NCBI GenBank assembly: GCA_951406725.2
Contig: OX597819.1
Location: forward strand, 113,088,001-113,152,000
Direction: 5' to 3'
From: Octopus vulgaris
Lineage: Eukaryota
DNA: 64,000 nt
The notes below the pieces were generated by a model that was not told where the DNA came from, did no database searches, and was given only the letters and a program-made list of their open reading frames with translations. Shown one piece after another: positions 1 through 13,113 of the stretch (position 1 is the first letter of the stretch; the number at the start of each line of letters is the position of its first letter). The position numbers were made by a program, and so were the translations under genes.

Positions 1-172
1 GTCTGTTGCGATATTTTAGTAAAGTGGTTTTCTCTGAATATATAAATACACACGACAAGTGTAAAAATAGAAAAGGTATGCTGCTTCATAAGCAAATATT
101 AATATTAATGATGCTCAAATGCACATGTGCAATCCACACTGGCTATAAATAGCGAACACACGTCACTATTGA

Positions 173-248
<76 letters not shown>

Positions 249-470
249 TGTCGGAATATTTGTCGTTTATGCGCGTGTGTATGTGTGTGCATACATAGGT
301 ATGCCTGAGAATAGAGTTAAAAATATCTTTCCCCTTTACGTAAGAGCTAATTACTTTTCACATTCAATTGTTATTCTAAACTTAAATATATGATGGTGGA
401 AGTCCGTATTATTAATAGAATCATATTTATCAGGAAAGACTTCACTGGCACTCTACACTTCACCTTAGCG

Positions 471-486
471 GATAATAGACAGACAA

Positions 487-569
<83 letters not shown>

Positions 570-670
570 CAGAGAGAGACAGAGAGAGAGAGAGAGAGAG
601 CGCGCGCAGTGGTGATGGATAGATAGAAAGATAAATAGATAGGTAGACAGATAAAAATAAATAGATAGAC

Positions 671-733
<63 letters not shown>

Positions 734-795
734 GGGGTTTGATGGATAGATAGATAGAGGGGTTGATGGATAGATAGATAGACAGATAGATGATA
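471..795. repeat. (GATA)n/(GA)n microsatellite
   Basis: Tandem GATA, GACA and GA units read directly. Confidence 0.95.
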
Positions 796-865
796 CATTT
801 ATAGTTTATTATTTGTTTATATTTTTATTACTGTGTTGCTTTTTCGTTTTCTTTTATGGGGGATA

Positions 866-901
<36 letters not shown>

Positions 902-1217
902 TGTGTCTCTGTGTGTGTGCGCGCGCGCGTTATCGTTCAGTCTATTGACCCTCGTCTTTTTTGTTCTCGTCTCATCTTGTCCCTCATGTCCGCTCACTTA
1001 TACCCCAGCAGCGATTTGCTGTTGACGCTACCAAAATGAGTAATATCGTCGATAAAGCGTCGAAACTGCGAGGATTTTTGGTCGGTAGCTGATAAGGGAT
1101 GATAGTATCCACCTCCTATGTGTGTGTGTTTTCCTAATTTCCGTATGTTCCGTCATTAGACTGCAGCCATGCTGAGGCACCGCCTTGAAGATATATATAT
1201 ATATATATATATATATA

Positions 1218-2485
1218 CGAGGGACGTTCAATAAGTAATGCCCCTGACCCCCTTGCATTTGTTTGATCTAGCTGAATATATCTATAGATTAAGTGGCAAA
1301 TTATAGCTCTGAACTAATTGTGCTTTCTGATTTACAGGTGTTTGAACTGAGTCAAGTGTGAAATGGAGTTTGTTGAGTGCCGAGCAGTGATCAGGTTTTA
1401 GTATTTGAAAGGACGCACACCACGGGAGACTTTTGATGAAATGAAAGTAACTTATGGTGATGATGCCCCATCATATGACATTGTAAAACGCTGGCATCGT
1501 GAATTCAAACATGGCCGGAACTCTGTGGAAACAGCTCCCAGATCTGGTCGCCCCCCTTCTGCCATTGATGAGGCATCTGTCCGTCAAGTTGAGGCTGCCA
1601 TTTTGGAAGATCGACGCATAACTATTCGCCAAGTAGCCTATGAGGTCAAGATTAGTATCGGGTCTGTGGAAACTATCATTCATGACCATTTGCATATGCA
1701 AAAGGTGTCTGCCAGATGGATTCCCAGATTGCTCACACCTTTCCAGAAGCAAGAACGCGTCGAGTGCTCGAGGATGAATTTGGAGATGTGCCAAGAAGAT
1801 GAGTCAAAATTTTTCAAAAGACTGATTACACAGGATGAAACCTGGGTCCATCACTATGATCCAGAGACCAAAGCCCAGTGAATGCAGTGGAAGCACCGTG
1901 ATTCACCTCCTCCAAAGAAGGCAAGGGTGCAGTCCTCCGCTGGTAATGTCATGCTCACAGCCTTCTGGGACCAGGACGGAGTAGTGATGACAGATTTCCT
2001 GGCAAAGGGTACCACAATTACAGGAGCCTATTATGCTTCACTTTTGAGGAAATTAAGAGAAGCTATCAAATTCAAGAGGCGGGGCAAGATCACAAAGGCA
2101 TCCTCCTCCTGCAGGACAATGCTCCGGTCCACAACTCGCGTGTCGCCAGATCAGAAGCACAGGCATGCGGCTATGAACTCCTCCCCATCCCCCCTACTCT
2201 CCTGACCTTGCACCCTCTGATTTTCACTTCTCCCCAGCCATAAAGTTGTTTTTGAAAGGAAAGCGTTTCCCAGATGATGCATCCTTGATTTCTGAAGTCA
2301 CGTCGTGGTTGGGGGACCAAGCTGGGGTCTTCTACAAAAACGGTCTCCAGAGCTGCAGCAAACGATGGGAGAAATGCGTAAATCTGGGTGGTTCCTATGT
2401 AGAAAAAGACTAACAATTGTGCAAAGTTTCGTTGCTCTACTGCTATGGGAGGTGGGTCAGGGGCATTACTTATTGAACGCCCCTC

Positions 2486-2486
<1 letters not shown>
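1218..2486 (+). mobile_element. Mariner (DD34D) DNA transposon, full length, copy 1
   Basis: TIRs CGAGGGACGTTCAATAAGTAATGCCCCTGACCC / GGGTCAGGGGCATTACTTATTGAACGCCCCTCG, TA on both sides within (TA)n; internal transposase. Confidence 0.97.
1363..2413 (+). pseudogene. Mariner transposase pseudogene
   Basis: Motifs WIPRLL, TQDETW, QDNAPVH, YSPDLAPSDF. Stops at 1399-1401 and 1879-1881; 1-bp deletions near 2092 and 2185 relative to copy 2. Confidence 0.95.
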
Positions 2487-2561
<75 letters not shown>

Positions 2562-2577
2562 TCTAGATACATATTAT

Positions 2578-2807
2578 TTTATTCTTTTACTTGTTTCAGT
2601 CATTTGACTGCAGTCATACTGGAGCACCGCCTTAAAGGGGTTTTAATCGATAAATTAACCCCAGGACTTATTCTTTGTAAACCTAGTACTTATTTTATCG
2701 ATCTTTTGCCGAACCGCTACGTTACAGGACTTAACGACACCAAAATTGGTTGTCAAACGATGGTGGAAGGACAAGCACAGACACAAAGACACACAGACAT
2801 AAATATA

Positions 2808-2890
<83 letters not shown>

Positions 2891-2921
2891 GTATATATAT
2901 ATGTATATATATATATGTATA

Positions 2922-3004
<83 letters not shown>

Positions 3005-3016
3005 CATATGTGTATA

Positions 3017-3080
<64 letters not shown>

Positions 3081-3266
3081 TATATATATATACATATATA
3101 TATATTACGGGCTTCATTCAGTTTCTGTCCACCAAATCCACTGACAAAGGTTTGGTCGGCCCGAGGCTATAATAGAAGACACTTGCCCAAGGTACAATGC
3201 AATGCTACTGAACCTGAAACCGCGTGGTTGGGAAGCAAGCTTCTTACCACACAGCCACACCTGCGC
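2578..3266 (-). mobile_element. tRNA-derived SINE family A with expanded internal (TA)n
   Basis: Head GCGCAGGTGTGGCTGTGTGGTAAG and tail GGTGCTCCAG..CAAATGACTGAAACAAGTAAAAG; about 300 bp of TA array between the two halves. Confidence 0.9.
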
Positions 3267-3409
3267 ATATATATATTTATATATATTGTCGTATACATTC
3301 GCTAGCTTTCTTACAAAAAGTCTAATGCTCTTAGCTTAGACTTTTTGCGGGGCAACCAGATCGAACAGTCTCAAGTGTAACTGCCCGAAAATGTAAGAAC
3401 ATCTGGTAA

Positions 3410-3547
3410 ATTGACTTACTCCTTTCTGCTGAAGAGCGTAGGCTCAAAATGTAAAAGACATTATCACTTTCCCGAGTGTCAAACTAGTACACCTGCTTGT
3501 TGTTCATACACCTGTCTTCGTCTTTTACTTTTCCGTAAATTTCAATT
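3410..3547 (+). mobile_element. Penelope-like 3' tail with degenerate minimal hammerhead motif
   Basis: CTTT-CTGCTGA-A-GAGC gtag GCTC-(A)AAA-TG-TA-AAAG at 3422-3457; homologous to 54068-54292(-) and 21228-21320(-). Confidence 0.55.
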
Positions 3548-3951
3548 CTGTGTGTGTGTGTGTGCGTGTGTGTGTGTATTGTATTATACGCTGCGTCTGT
3601 ATGGAGATGTATGCTTTTGTTGGTCGTTGAATTTGTAAGGCTCTTACTGGGATTAGATTTACAGATACATCAAAGAGAAGGGCTATAAATTCCATTACTG
3701 AAGCTGCAAAGAAGACCATAAGTTGGTTCGGATTTTAAAAAAAAAAGGGTTAAAGTAGTGGTTTGCTGTTTCTAGGAGACAAGTTGGGACTTGATCAACT
3801 CCTTTTGGGTCATCTGGACGATGAGGGATAATGTTTAAATACCCTCAAACACTTGAGACCCCCAGAAATATCGCTGTTGATTCATCCATGAAATGTATCT
3901 TCAAACTAGAGCTTCATAACAACACCTGTGGAGAAACACGAACAAGAAACA

Positions 3952-4025
3952 CATACATGCCTACATACATACATACATACATACATACATACATACATAC
4001 ATACATACATACATACATACATACA

Positions 4026-4059
<34 letters not shown>

Positions 4060-4128
4060 CATACATACATACACACATACATACATACATACATACATAC
4101 ATACATACATACATACATACATACATAC
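3952..4128. repeat. (TACA)n microsatellite
   Basis: Tandem TACA units. Confidence 0.95.
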
Positions 4129-5294
4129 AGAGAGACAGACAGACATTGGGCTTTCTTGCTGTGAAATTTGGGTGATTTAAATGCTATCGTACATGTTTTA
4201 TGGTTTTAATTTGGTGGACCCCAAAATCAGGTCATTTATAGATCAACACTTGGCTTGTATGATATTGTGTATGTATATATTGTGATTGGTGTAGTAACAT
4301 CTCGTAAACCAACATGCATGCACACGTATATATATATATATATAAATGTTCGTATATGCGTGTATGTGCGAACGAGTTTAAATCTGTATGTGTGTGTGTG
4401 TGTGGTTTAAATAGATCAGCTGTACTATTAACTCAATTACTTATCCATTATACTGGTGTCTTATAAGTGGCTGAGTACTCCACAGACACTCGTAACCTTA
4501 ACATAACCTTCGTGCACAGCCATCACGACTCAGCATATGGTATTAGAAACATTAATCTCAGACCGAAAAGTATAAACAATCCTTCTGACATCTCGTTTAC
4601 TTATATTGTTTGTCAACTTTCCTTGATATTACCAAGAAGCCTCAAGGTGCCGAACGTTGAAATAAATACTTTGCGGTATTCCTTCCTTCTAGCTCTTTAC
4701 GTCCTGAGTTCAAAACTCACCGTGGTCATCTTTGCTTTTCATCCTTTCAGCGTCGTTAAAATAAAGTACTCGTCAAGTACTTTAACCATCAGCATCGATT
4801 AGCCCCTTAAAATTGCTGGCCTTGTGCCTATATTAGAAACCAATATCTTAGCGCATTATTTCTCGTCACAAGCGTCAATCAAAGTGTTATACTTAGCTTC
4901 GTTGCATATATCTTGTTAGTGTTGGTAGGATGGTCATAGTTAAATTGTTGTTCGTCCTAAGTTTTCTCTCGCTCAACACTAAACACTTTAGAAGCTAAAC
5001 AACAATAACAGCCACTGCTGGAAACATTAATCTCACCAAAAATATAATTAAGTCTAAAAACACAGACACGTCTCCAACATAATTTACTACTCACAAGTTA
5101 GCTGTTACAGGAAATTGAGTCAAGTAGGTAGTAGTTTGTGACACTGACGGGTGCGTCAGTACCTTGGTCTTTGTACGCGTGTTTGGTTATGTGTTTATGT
5201 ACATGGGTTTGTATCTTTATATACGTATGTGTATATCTGTGTATATATTCGTATATATATATATCTGTCTACACTCTGCTATTTCCTCGCCTTT

Positions 5295-5378
<84 letters not shown>

Positions 5379-5379
5379 A

Positions 5380-6147
5380 TAGGGATGAGACAGAGAAAAA
5401 AAGATGGCTGTGGATGACTAAAAGTGATTTAAAACCGGAAACGGTGGCTCTAATCTGTGCTGCCCAAGAGCAAGAAGTAAGAGAAAACTACATAAAATAC
5501 AGAATAGACAACACAGCAGAATATGTGGACAAAACGGGGAAACCGTATGGCATATTACCAGTCAATGTACGCCACTAGCCCAGAAGGAATATAAGAGACG
5601 CCACGACAATATAGCCAGGCTTGTCCATTGGACACTTTACAACAAGTATGGACTTGACAGAGCAAAAAATTGGTACGACCACAAACCTGAAGGCATCGTC
5701 GAAAAGAGAAAGGCAAAGATCCTATGGGATTTTCTGATTTAGTGCGACCGTGAGAGAGAGAATAGGAAGCCGGACATATTCTTAATTGAGAAAGAAAGCA
5801 AACGATGCTGGATCGTAGATATTGCATGTCCAGCTGACAGCAAAGTATGCGATAAGGAAGAGAGAAAAGTCGAGTGATATGACAGGTTAGCTTGGGAAGT
5901 TAAACAGTCGAGGTCGCTGAAAAAGGTAGCAGTAGTACCAATAATTGTCGGAGCCCTGGGGACAGTAAGTAAAAATCTTGAGAAGTACATGAAACAAATA
6001 GGGGCTGCAACAATGGTGGAACACTTGCAGAAAACAGTACTCGAATACTTCGGATGGTACTCGGAAAATAAAGGGCGTTACCTTAGTTCACTGGTAGTGA
6101 ACAGCTGACACTATAGTACATCTCCAGCGTTGGAAGCTGTGCAAAGC
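5380..6147 (+). mobile_element. R4/Dong-like RLE non-LTR retrotransposon, 5'-truncated
   Basis: Manual translation gives AAQEQ, partial zinc knuckle CGQNGETVWHITSQC, RHDNIA, ILWDF, RKPDI..IVDIACP and PIIVGALG. Internal stops; 3' end runs into (TAA)n and (AAT)n/(GAT)n lies upstream. Confidence 0.88.
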
Positions 6148-6227
<80 letters not shown>

Positions 6228-6280
6228 CAACAACAACAACAACGACGACGATGACGATGACGATGATGATGATCGTTTCT

Positions 6281-6462
6281 AGGGGAAAAGGCTTAGTCGA
6301 TTACAGCGACCCCAGTGCTTCACTGGTTCTCCATTTTGTGGACCCCGAAAGGATGAAAGGCGAAGCTGACCTTGTCTGCTTTTGAGCTCGGAACTTAAAG
6401 GCCGGAAGAAATGCCACTAAGTATTATTTCCGGTGTGCTAACTATTCTGCCATCTTACCGCC
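6281..6462 (-). mobile_element. SINE family B (degenerate)
   Basis: Matches the B core TTCGCCTTTCATCCTTTCGGGGTC..CTGGGGTCG on the minus strand. Confidence 0.75.
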
Positions 6463-6469
6463 TTTGTTT

Positions 6470-6592
<123 letters not shown>

Positions 6593-6669
6593 GTCGACGA
6601 CGACGACGATAATGATTTATTTGGTACGAGGGAGGGGAGGGGAATGAGATAAAAGTATACCTATTATAC

Positions 6670-7000
6670 AAAAATATATAATCACATCTATAATGCAATC
6701 TTCCTGATACAGGGGAGACCTCAACTAGGGCCAATGAAGGAGCCCCACAGATCTAGAATAACCCTTATCACCAAGAACACAAACCCTCGCCCAACTGCTG
6801 TTCTCCGATCTACATGTGCATCCTTAAAGTAAGTCCGTTCATCGTAACCATTTTTGCAACAGCCACCCACCATTTGAAGAGAGCACTTCCCTCTCCATCC
6901 TCATTTTCCTTTCCATGTGGAACTTCGAAAGTGGATGAGGACTTGAGGATTTGACTGAAGATGAAGTTATCTGTCCTCAATCCTTTCAACCTCGCCCACC
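6670..7000 (-). mobile_element. Possible L1/Tx1-like LINE 3' relic
   Basis: Minus translation WWARLKGLRTDNFIF...KFHMERKMRMEREVLS, with frameshifts, resembles a LINE ORF2 C-terminus; no diagnostic motif. Confidence 0.3.
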
Positions 7001-7290
7001 ACTCTGTCGGTTACGATGACAAGTCTTCCAGTTGATCTGGAACAGTTGATCCACGGAACAGTCCTGCTCGTGAATTTAACGTGCAAGTGGCTGAGCACTC
7101 CATAGACATGCGTACCCTTCACGTTGTTCTCAGAGAGATTCAGCATCACACAAAATGCGGCATGGTTGATCCTTTCAATCACCGGTACTACTCGATTTTG
7201 CCAGCTGAGTAGACTGGAATGGCTTTAAATTAAATGTTTTCTTCAAGGATACAACGTGCCTTATCCTGATCCGAATGCCCTAACCAGTGG
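7001..7290 (-). mobile_element. SINE family D head with tail T1
   Basis: Tail homologous to 16862-17020 and 21445-21620; CORE-like segment CTTGAAGAAAACATTTAA..CCAGTCTACTCAGCTG. Confidence 0.75.
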
Positions 7291-7307
7291 AACATCGCTA
7301 ATAGCTT

Positions 7308-7543
7308 ATTTCTTTATTGCCCACAAGGACCACACACAGAGGGGACAAACAAGAACAGACAAACGGATTAAGTCGATTATATCGACCCCAGTGCATAACT
7401 GGTACTTATTTAATCGACCCAGAATTGATGAAAGGTGAAGTCGACCTCGGCGGAATTTGAACTGAGAACGTAGTGACAGAAGAAATACCGCTCGCTAAGC
7501 ATTTTGCCTGGCGTGCTAACGTTTCTGCCAGCTCACCGCCTTC
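7308..7543 (-). mobile_element. SINE family B (tail B1) with 15-bp TSD
   Basis: Head GGCGGTGAGCTGGCAGAAACGTTAG, B-box GTTCAAATTC; TSD CATCGCTAATAGCTT at 7293-7307 and 7546-7560. Confidence 0.92.
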
Positions 7544-7899
7544 ACCATCGCTAATAGCTTCTAATAATGGTGAGAAGGTACGGTCGATTTAACCCATCGC
7601 CTGCTATGAGCTCCATTTGAGGATCTGCTAACCACTGGGCCATAGCGCCTCCACCGTTGCTGCTGTTGAGCCCGGTAGCGTTCCTGATTCAGCAGAACTT
7701 TGAGCAACGGTGTTCCAAAAGTAATCCTTACGTTTGTACGTGTGCGTGCATGTGTGCGTGTGTGCATGCGTGCGTGTGTATGTATGTATGTGTGTACCTA
7801 GGATTACATTGCCTAATGTGACCTTCCTGTACGATACCATTTGAAAGAGATCTAGCTGTTACTTCTTGATCAAACGGTTGCATAGAGGCTCATGCTTTA

Positions 7900-8870
7900 G
7901 TGACGATGATGGAGATGGTGTTGCTGGGGCTTGTGATTACAGTGGTGGTAGTGGTGGTGGTGGTGGCGGTGGTGGTGGTGGTGGTGGTGGTGGCGGTGGC
8001 GGCGGTGGTGGGGGGTGATGATGGGCGGTGGATGGCGCCACCAGTTGTACTACTGACGGTCCTGCAGGTGATGTTGGTAGCGCTATTGCTACTGATGCTA
8101 GAGGCTCTGGGGTAGCGGCGGTGGCGTGATGGGCAGTAGAGGTGCTTGCGATGGTGGTAGTAGTGGTGTGTGATAGTGGGGGTTGGGGTTTTTGATGGTG
8201 AGTTGTTCTATTGCTGGTGGTACTGATGATGATGGCAGTGTAGTTATTACTGATGATAGTGGTCATGGTACAGCGGTGATGGTGTCGGTGGCGGCGGATG
8301 TGGTGAGGATGGCAACGGGCACTGGTAGTGGTGGAGACAGTGATGTAGATGGAGATGGTAGTGATGGTGGTAGATTTGGCGGTGGTAGTTGTGGTGGTGG
8401 TAGTTATGGTGGTTGTGGTGGTGATAGGAATAGTGGTGGTAGCGCTACTGCTACTGATGACGACGATGATGATGATGATGAACACGACGATGAATGTTGC
8501 TGCTGGTGTTGCTGTCGTTGTTGCCGTTGCTTTTGATATTGTTGTCATTGTTGTTGTTTTTCTTGTTGTTGCTGCTACTGCTGGTAGTGGTGGTGGTGGT
8601 GGTGGTGGAGGTTGTAGTGGTAGTTGTGGTGGTGGTGGCGGTGGTGGTGGTGGTGGTGGTAGTGGTGGTCGTAGTGGTTGTGGTAGTGGTGGTCGTGGTG
8701 GTGGAGGAGATTGTGGTGATGGTGGTGGTGGTTGTGGTGGTGGCGGCGGCGGCGGTTGTCGTCGTCTTCGTCGTGGCGGCAGCGTTGGCGGTTGTAGTGA
8801 TGGTACTGACGATGGCTTTGGTGGTAACTGCGAGACTTAATAATGTTGTCGCCGGCATTGGTGGCAATAG
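7900..8870. repeat. Low-complexity (GGT/GAT/GTT)n trinucleotide mosaic
   Basis: Degenerate trinucleotide runs with open frames on both strands. Confidence 0.85.
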
Positions 8871-9385
8871 CGAAACTATGAGCAATTGAGGTTATTATCT
8901 TTAATGATGTGAAAGTACATATGGTTTCTCCTTTGATTCTGTAGGAGCAGAATCAGGTGAAGTGTCCAGTTTAAGAGTGAGTCAGTCACACATTTCGTTT
9001 GACTTCACTAAATTACTTCTGAGGTCAAAATACAGGGGTCAAATTGCTGCAGTGTTATTCACTTTCGTATTACATCTGTGTTGTTGATGATGTTGTTGTT
9101 GTTGGTGTCGTTTCTGGTTGTTTTGTTATACAAAGTAAATGTTTCACAACGGCATTATCCTACGTATATGTTGGCGTGTGAAAATATGGCTGCCGAAAAC
9201 TAATTTTTAAAAATTCTTTCTTTTTTTAAGAAAAAAATATGTGAATTCTTCCTACGAGGAAGGAGATGGCTTGTAATATAGAAACAAAGGTTCAGTGTTG
9301 GAATTTGGATAACAACACTGATAAATGTTACACGTCGAACTTTAGAAAAGTCTGGTGTTTGTGTGTGTGTGTATATATATATATA

Positions 9386-9577
9386 TAATGAAGAGCAAGC
9401 ACAGAAAACAACAACGCGAGGACGTGGTACGTGTAAAGTATTAGCAGACGTTCAGGGAAGGAAAGAAATATGGTTTAACATTTCGGACAGAGCTCTTTTT
9501 ACAGAAACAGAGGAAAGTCCAATAGAAAGGAAGACGGAAGAAGAAAATCACCAACGGGTCACATGTGGTTATATTTT

Positions 9578-9580
<3 letters not shown>
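9386..9580 (-). mobile_element. Penelope-like 3' tail, degenerate hammerhead
   Basis: Homologous to 49267-49468; decayed motif at 9473-9508; lies between TA arrays. Confidence 0.5.
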
Positions 9581-9648
<68 letters not shown>

Positions 9649-9658
9649 GCAGGCAGGC

Positions 9659-9774
<116 letters not shown>

Positions 9775-9863
9775 TCAGTTGAATATGGTACTTAAGTTAA
9801 AGGCACCAGAATTTAGTATGGTATTATCCATATAATTCAAAATGGGGTGATTACAATCAAAAG

Positions 9864-10017
9864 AAGCAACAAAGGTATCCAGAGGTAATGCAGTACGATC
9901 GTTTCATGCGACTCCATTTAATTGAGCGATGCAAATATCGGTGTAATCGCTTTATTCAATTAAATGGAGTCGCATGAAACGATCGTACTGCATTACCTCT
10001 GGATATCCTTGTAGCTT
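9864..10017. repeat. Foldback with perfect 50-bp arms containing a hammerhead 3' half
   Basis: 9876-9925 is the exact reverse complement of 9956-10005; each arm carries GAAA-CGATCG-TA. Confidence 0.9.
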
Positions 10018-10118
10018 ATTTTTCATCGTTGAGCATTTGGCTGATTTGTTTGACTCTGTCTTTATTGATATTGTTGTTGTTGCTGCTGCAGTTTAGAATG
10101 TAACGTCTGAGTAATACC

Positions 10119-10349
10119 CTCTTTTACTTGTTTCAGTCATTTGACTGTAGCCATGCTGGAGCACTACCTTTAGTCGAGCAAACCGACCCCAGGACTTATT
10201 CTTTGTAAGCCTAATACTTATTCTCTCGGTCTCTTTTGTCGAACCGCTAAGTTACGGGGACGTAAACACACCACCATCGGTTGTCAAGTGATGTTGGGGG
10301 GGGGGACAAACACAGACACACAAACACAGACTAACACATACATATATAC

Positions 10350-10385
<36 letters not shown>

Positions 10386-10644
10386 GACGGGCTTGTATAT
10401 CTGTGTGTTTGTATGTCTGTGTGTATGTGCGTGCACGTGTGTGTGTGTGTTTGAGTCTGTGTTTGTCCTCCATCACCCTTTGAAAACTGGTGTTGGTGTG
10501 TTTACGTCCCCATAACCTAGCGGTTCGGCCAAAGAGAACAATAGATTAAGTACTAGGCTTAAAATAAAAATAAAAAGTAGAGTCGTGTCATTCAACTAAA
10601 AATTCTTCGAGGCGATACCCCAGCATGGCCACAGTCTAATGACT
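10119..10644. mobile_element. Two SINE A 3' halves joined in inverted orientation
   Basis: Minus-strand half 10119-10394 followed by plus-strand half 10395-10644; no heads. Confidence 0.8.
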
Positions 10645-11409
10645 TTAGAAAAATGGAACGTAAAGTGTATTTCAGTAGGATTTTAAGTTAAACGTAAAAG
10701 CCATTTTTCGATGCTTTCTCGTTTCTGCCATTCACCACCCTGCTAACAACAACAACAGCAACAACATCGGCAGCAACAGCATTAGCAGTTTGTCCTTCAG
10801 GGTTGAACTTAAGGACAATAGAGGAAAGGACCATGACGTAATAACCCCAAACCCAGAGCATATCATTTCCCTTGCAGCCGTTACAATGGTGCCTGGCTTG
10901 CCTTGTATTGGCCCCGGCAGTCATCAACAAGCCTGTATCCGACGTGGAGAGCTCCCTTTATGGAATTTCGTTCGTTCACGAAGACAAACCATGATGAACA
11001 TCATCATCATCATCATCATCATCCTCAACAACAGCAACAACAACAATGACAAGCACATCGGCAATAGGAAAATTAACAACAAAATCTACAACAAATTCCT
11101 CGAAGTCATGGCGGGTACACTTGTGAAAACAAAACAGGCTGGACAAACAGACAGACTCGAATATTTGCAATTTGCGCTAATTGATTGGTGCCTGTTTTCA
11201 AGTTTAATGATATGATTATGTTACTGTTGTTGTTGTTGTTGCTGCTGCTGTGGTAAGTGATAATGGTAGTGAGAAGTGTAGGGGGAGAGGGAGAAGGAGA
11301 GGGGAAGAGATGTGGGACACCAAAGGCTTCCAGTTACTTGGAGTAGCTGTACTAAATGACTGCTTTTCTTGTGATAGTGATTTCATTATTTTACGAAAGT
11401 TTAACGAAA

Positions 11410-11747
11410 GAGGGAGGAAGAGGAGGAAAAGAAGAAGAAAAAAGAAGAAGAAGAAGAAGAAGAAGAAGAAGAAGAAGAAGGGGAAAAAGAAGAAGAAGGG
11501 GAAAAAGAAGAAGAAGAAGAAGAAGGAGAAAAAGAAGGAGAAAAATAAGAAGAAGAAGAAGAAAAAGAAGAAGAAGAAGAAGAAGAAGAAGAAGGAGAAA
11601 AAGGAGAAAAATAAGAAGAAGAAGAAGAAGAAAAAGAAGAAGAAGAAGAAGAAGAAGAAGAAGAAGAAGAAGAAGGAGAAGAAGAAGAAGAAGAAGAAGA
11701 AGAAGAAGAAGAAGAAGAAGAAGAAGAAGAAGAAGAAGAAGAAGAAG

Positions 11748-11778
<31 letters not shown>

Positions 11779-11830
11779 GGGGTGAAGAAGAAGAAGAGTG
11801 GGGTGAAGGAGGAGCATCAGGAAGAACAGG
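11410..11830. repeat. (GAA)n purine tract
   Basis: Tandem GAA with GGA/AAA variants. Confidence 0.95.
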
Positions 11831-12224
11831 AGGCGGCAGTCGTGTCTAAAAGATTGTCAAAATTAACTTGTTAAATAATGATGATTAATGTTCTTGACGT
11901 CGAGTGCCGAAGGCGCCGGGGACAGTACAAAGACGACTTAACAAAGCAAATAAGAACAAAAAAACCTGAGAGATTTACATCGACTGACATTCTTCAATAA
12001 TAATAAAGGGACATTAATAAATAAGTTACTATAAATAGTAATATCAATTATGGTAGTCTCTCGAATCCGAGAAAATCGGTTGTGCAATTTCTTGCATGAA
12101 CAACCTGCACAGATTATTCGTTTATTGTGATCAAACTATAAAATAATGATTAAAAACGCTATCACTATAAAATTGTGCTTCAAATAAGCTCATTCCGTCC
12201 ATTAAATCGACATTGCCTACATAG

Positions 12225-12379
12225 GGGCACGGTGTGCTATACGTGAGGTGCCGAAGTTATTGCAGAGCAATGTAAGATGAAATGTTTTGCTCAAGAACGC
12301 AACACACGGCTCGGGAATCGAACCCACGATCTTGAAATCATGAGTGCAACACTCTAACCACTAGGCCACGCGTCCTCAC
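12225..12379 (-). mobile_element. SINE family D (head plus different tail)
   Basis: A-box TGGCCTAGTGG, B-box GGTTCGATTCC, then CTTGAGCAAAACATTTC. Confidence 0.75.
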
Positions 12380-12523
12380 GTAATAACAATATAGAGCAAC
12401 AAAATACTCCTGTCAATAGAGAAAACAGGATAAACTAATCAGCCGTAGTCTGGAACTTTAGACAGCAGTGTGGTTGGTCAGACAATTTCGTCGTCATCGT
12501 CGACGGTATTGCAGAGACAGCAA

Positions 12524-12860
12524 GTGGAGGCGTAATGGCCCAGTGGTTAGGGCAGCGGACTCGTGGTCGGAGGATCGCGGTTTCGATTCCCAGACCGGGC
12601 GTTGTGTGTGCTTATTGAGCGAAAACACCTAAAGCTCCACGAGGCTCCGGCAGGATGGGGGGGGGGAAACCCTGTTGTACTCTTTCGCCCCAACTTTCTC
12701 TCACTCTTTCTTCCTGTTTCTTGTCCCGACTTCCTACGCAACCGCTGAGCCTGGATGCGCATTCATCCATCCGTCGATGCTCTCGGTGTCATGGGTTGAC
12801 CTGCTTTCTCTTCTGCGGGTCTTACGAATAGCAAAGGACCACGTTTCGGACCGCTCAGCA
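12524..12860 (+). mobile_element. tRNA-derived SINE family C with 13-bp TSD
   Basis: A-box TGGCCCAGTGG, B-box GTTTCGATTCC; TSD GCAGAGACAGCAA at 12511-12523 and 12861-12873. Confidence 0.9.
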
Positions 12861-13113
12861 GCAGAGACAGCAACTTAACCACCTCTGCGGTGACAAGGTT
12901 GTTTCCAAAAGCAAGTGCATAGCCCCAAGCACACTTACCACTTCTCTACTCATGAATACGACACGAAAAATAGTCAATATGTTCGTAGCATCCACTAAGG
13001 CACAGAGGATGCCAGATATTGGTTAAATGTAACTATACATATCTACTTTAGGAACCCTCACTCCGGATTTTCTGTAGGGGGTTACTTCCTCAACTTTCTT
13101 TTAAACTTTCAAT

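Noticed and set aside
246-460. Possible hammerhead on the minus strand (CTGATAA...GAAA)
   Set aside because: The core is non-canonical and the stems are not convincingly pairable.
7937-8889. Thr/Gly/Val-rich ORFs resembling mucin or glycine-rich proteins
   Set aside because: Trinucleotide low-complexity DNA open in several frames on both strands; no domain or splice support.
12526-12600. tRNA-like sequences here and at 40954 and 17095-17167
   Set aside because: A/B boxes continue directly into SINE bodies with no acceptor stem; these are SINE heads, not tRNA genes.
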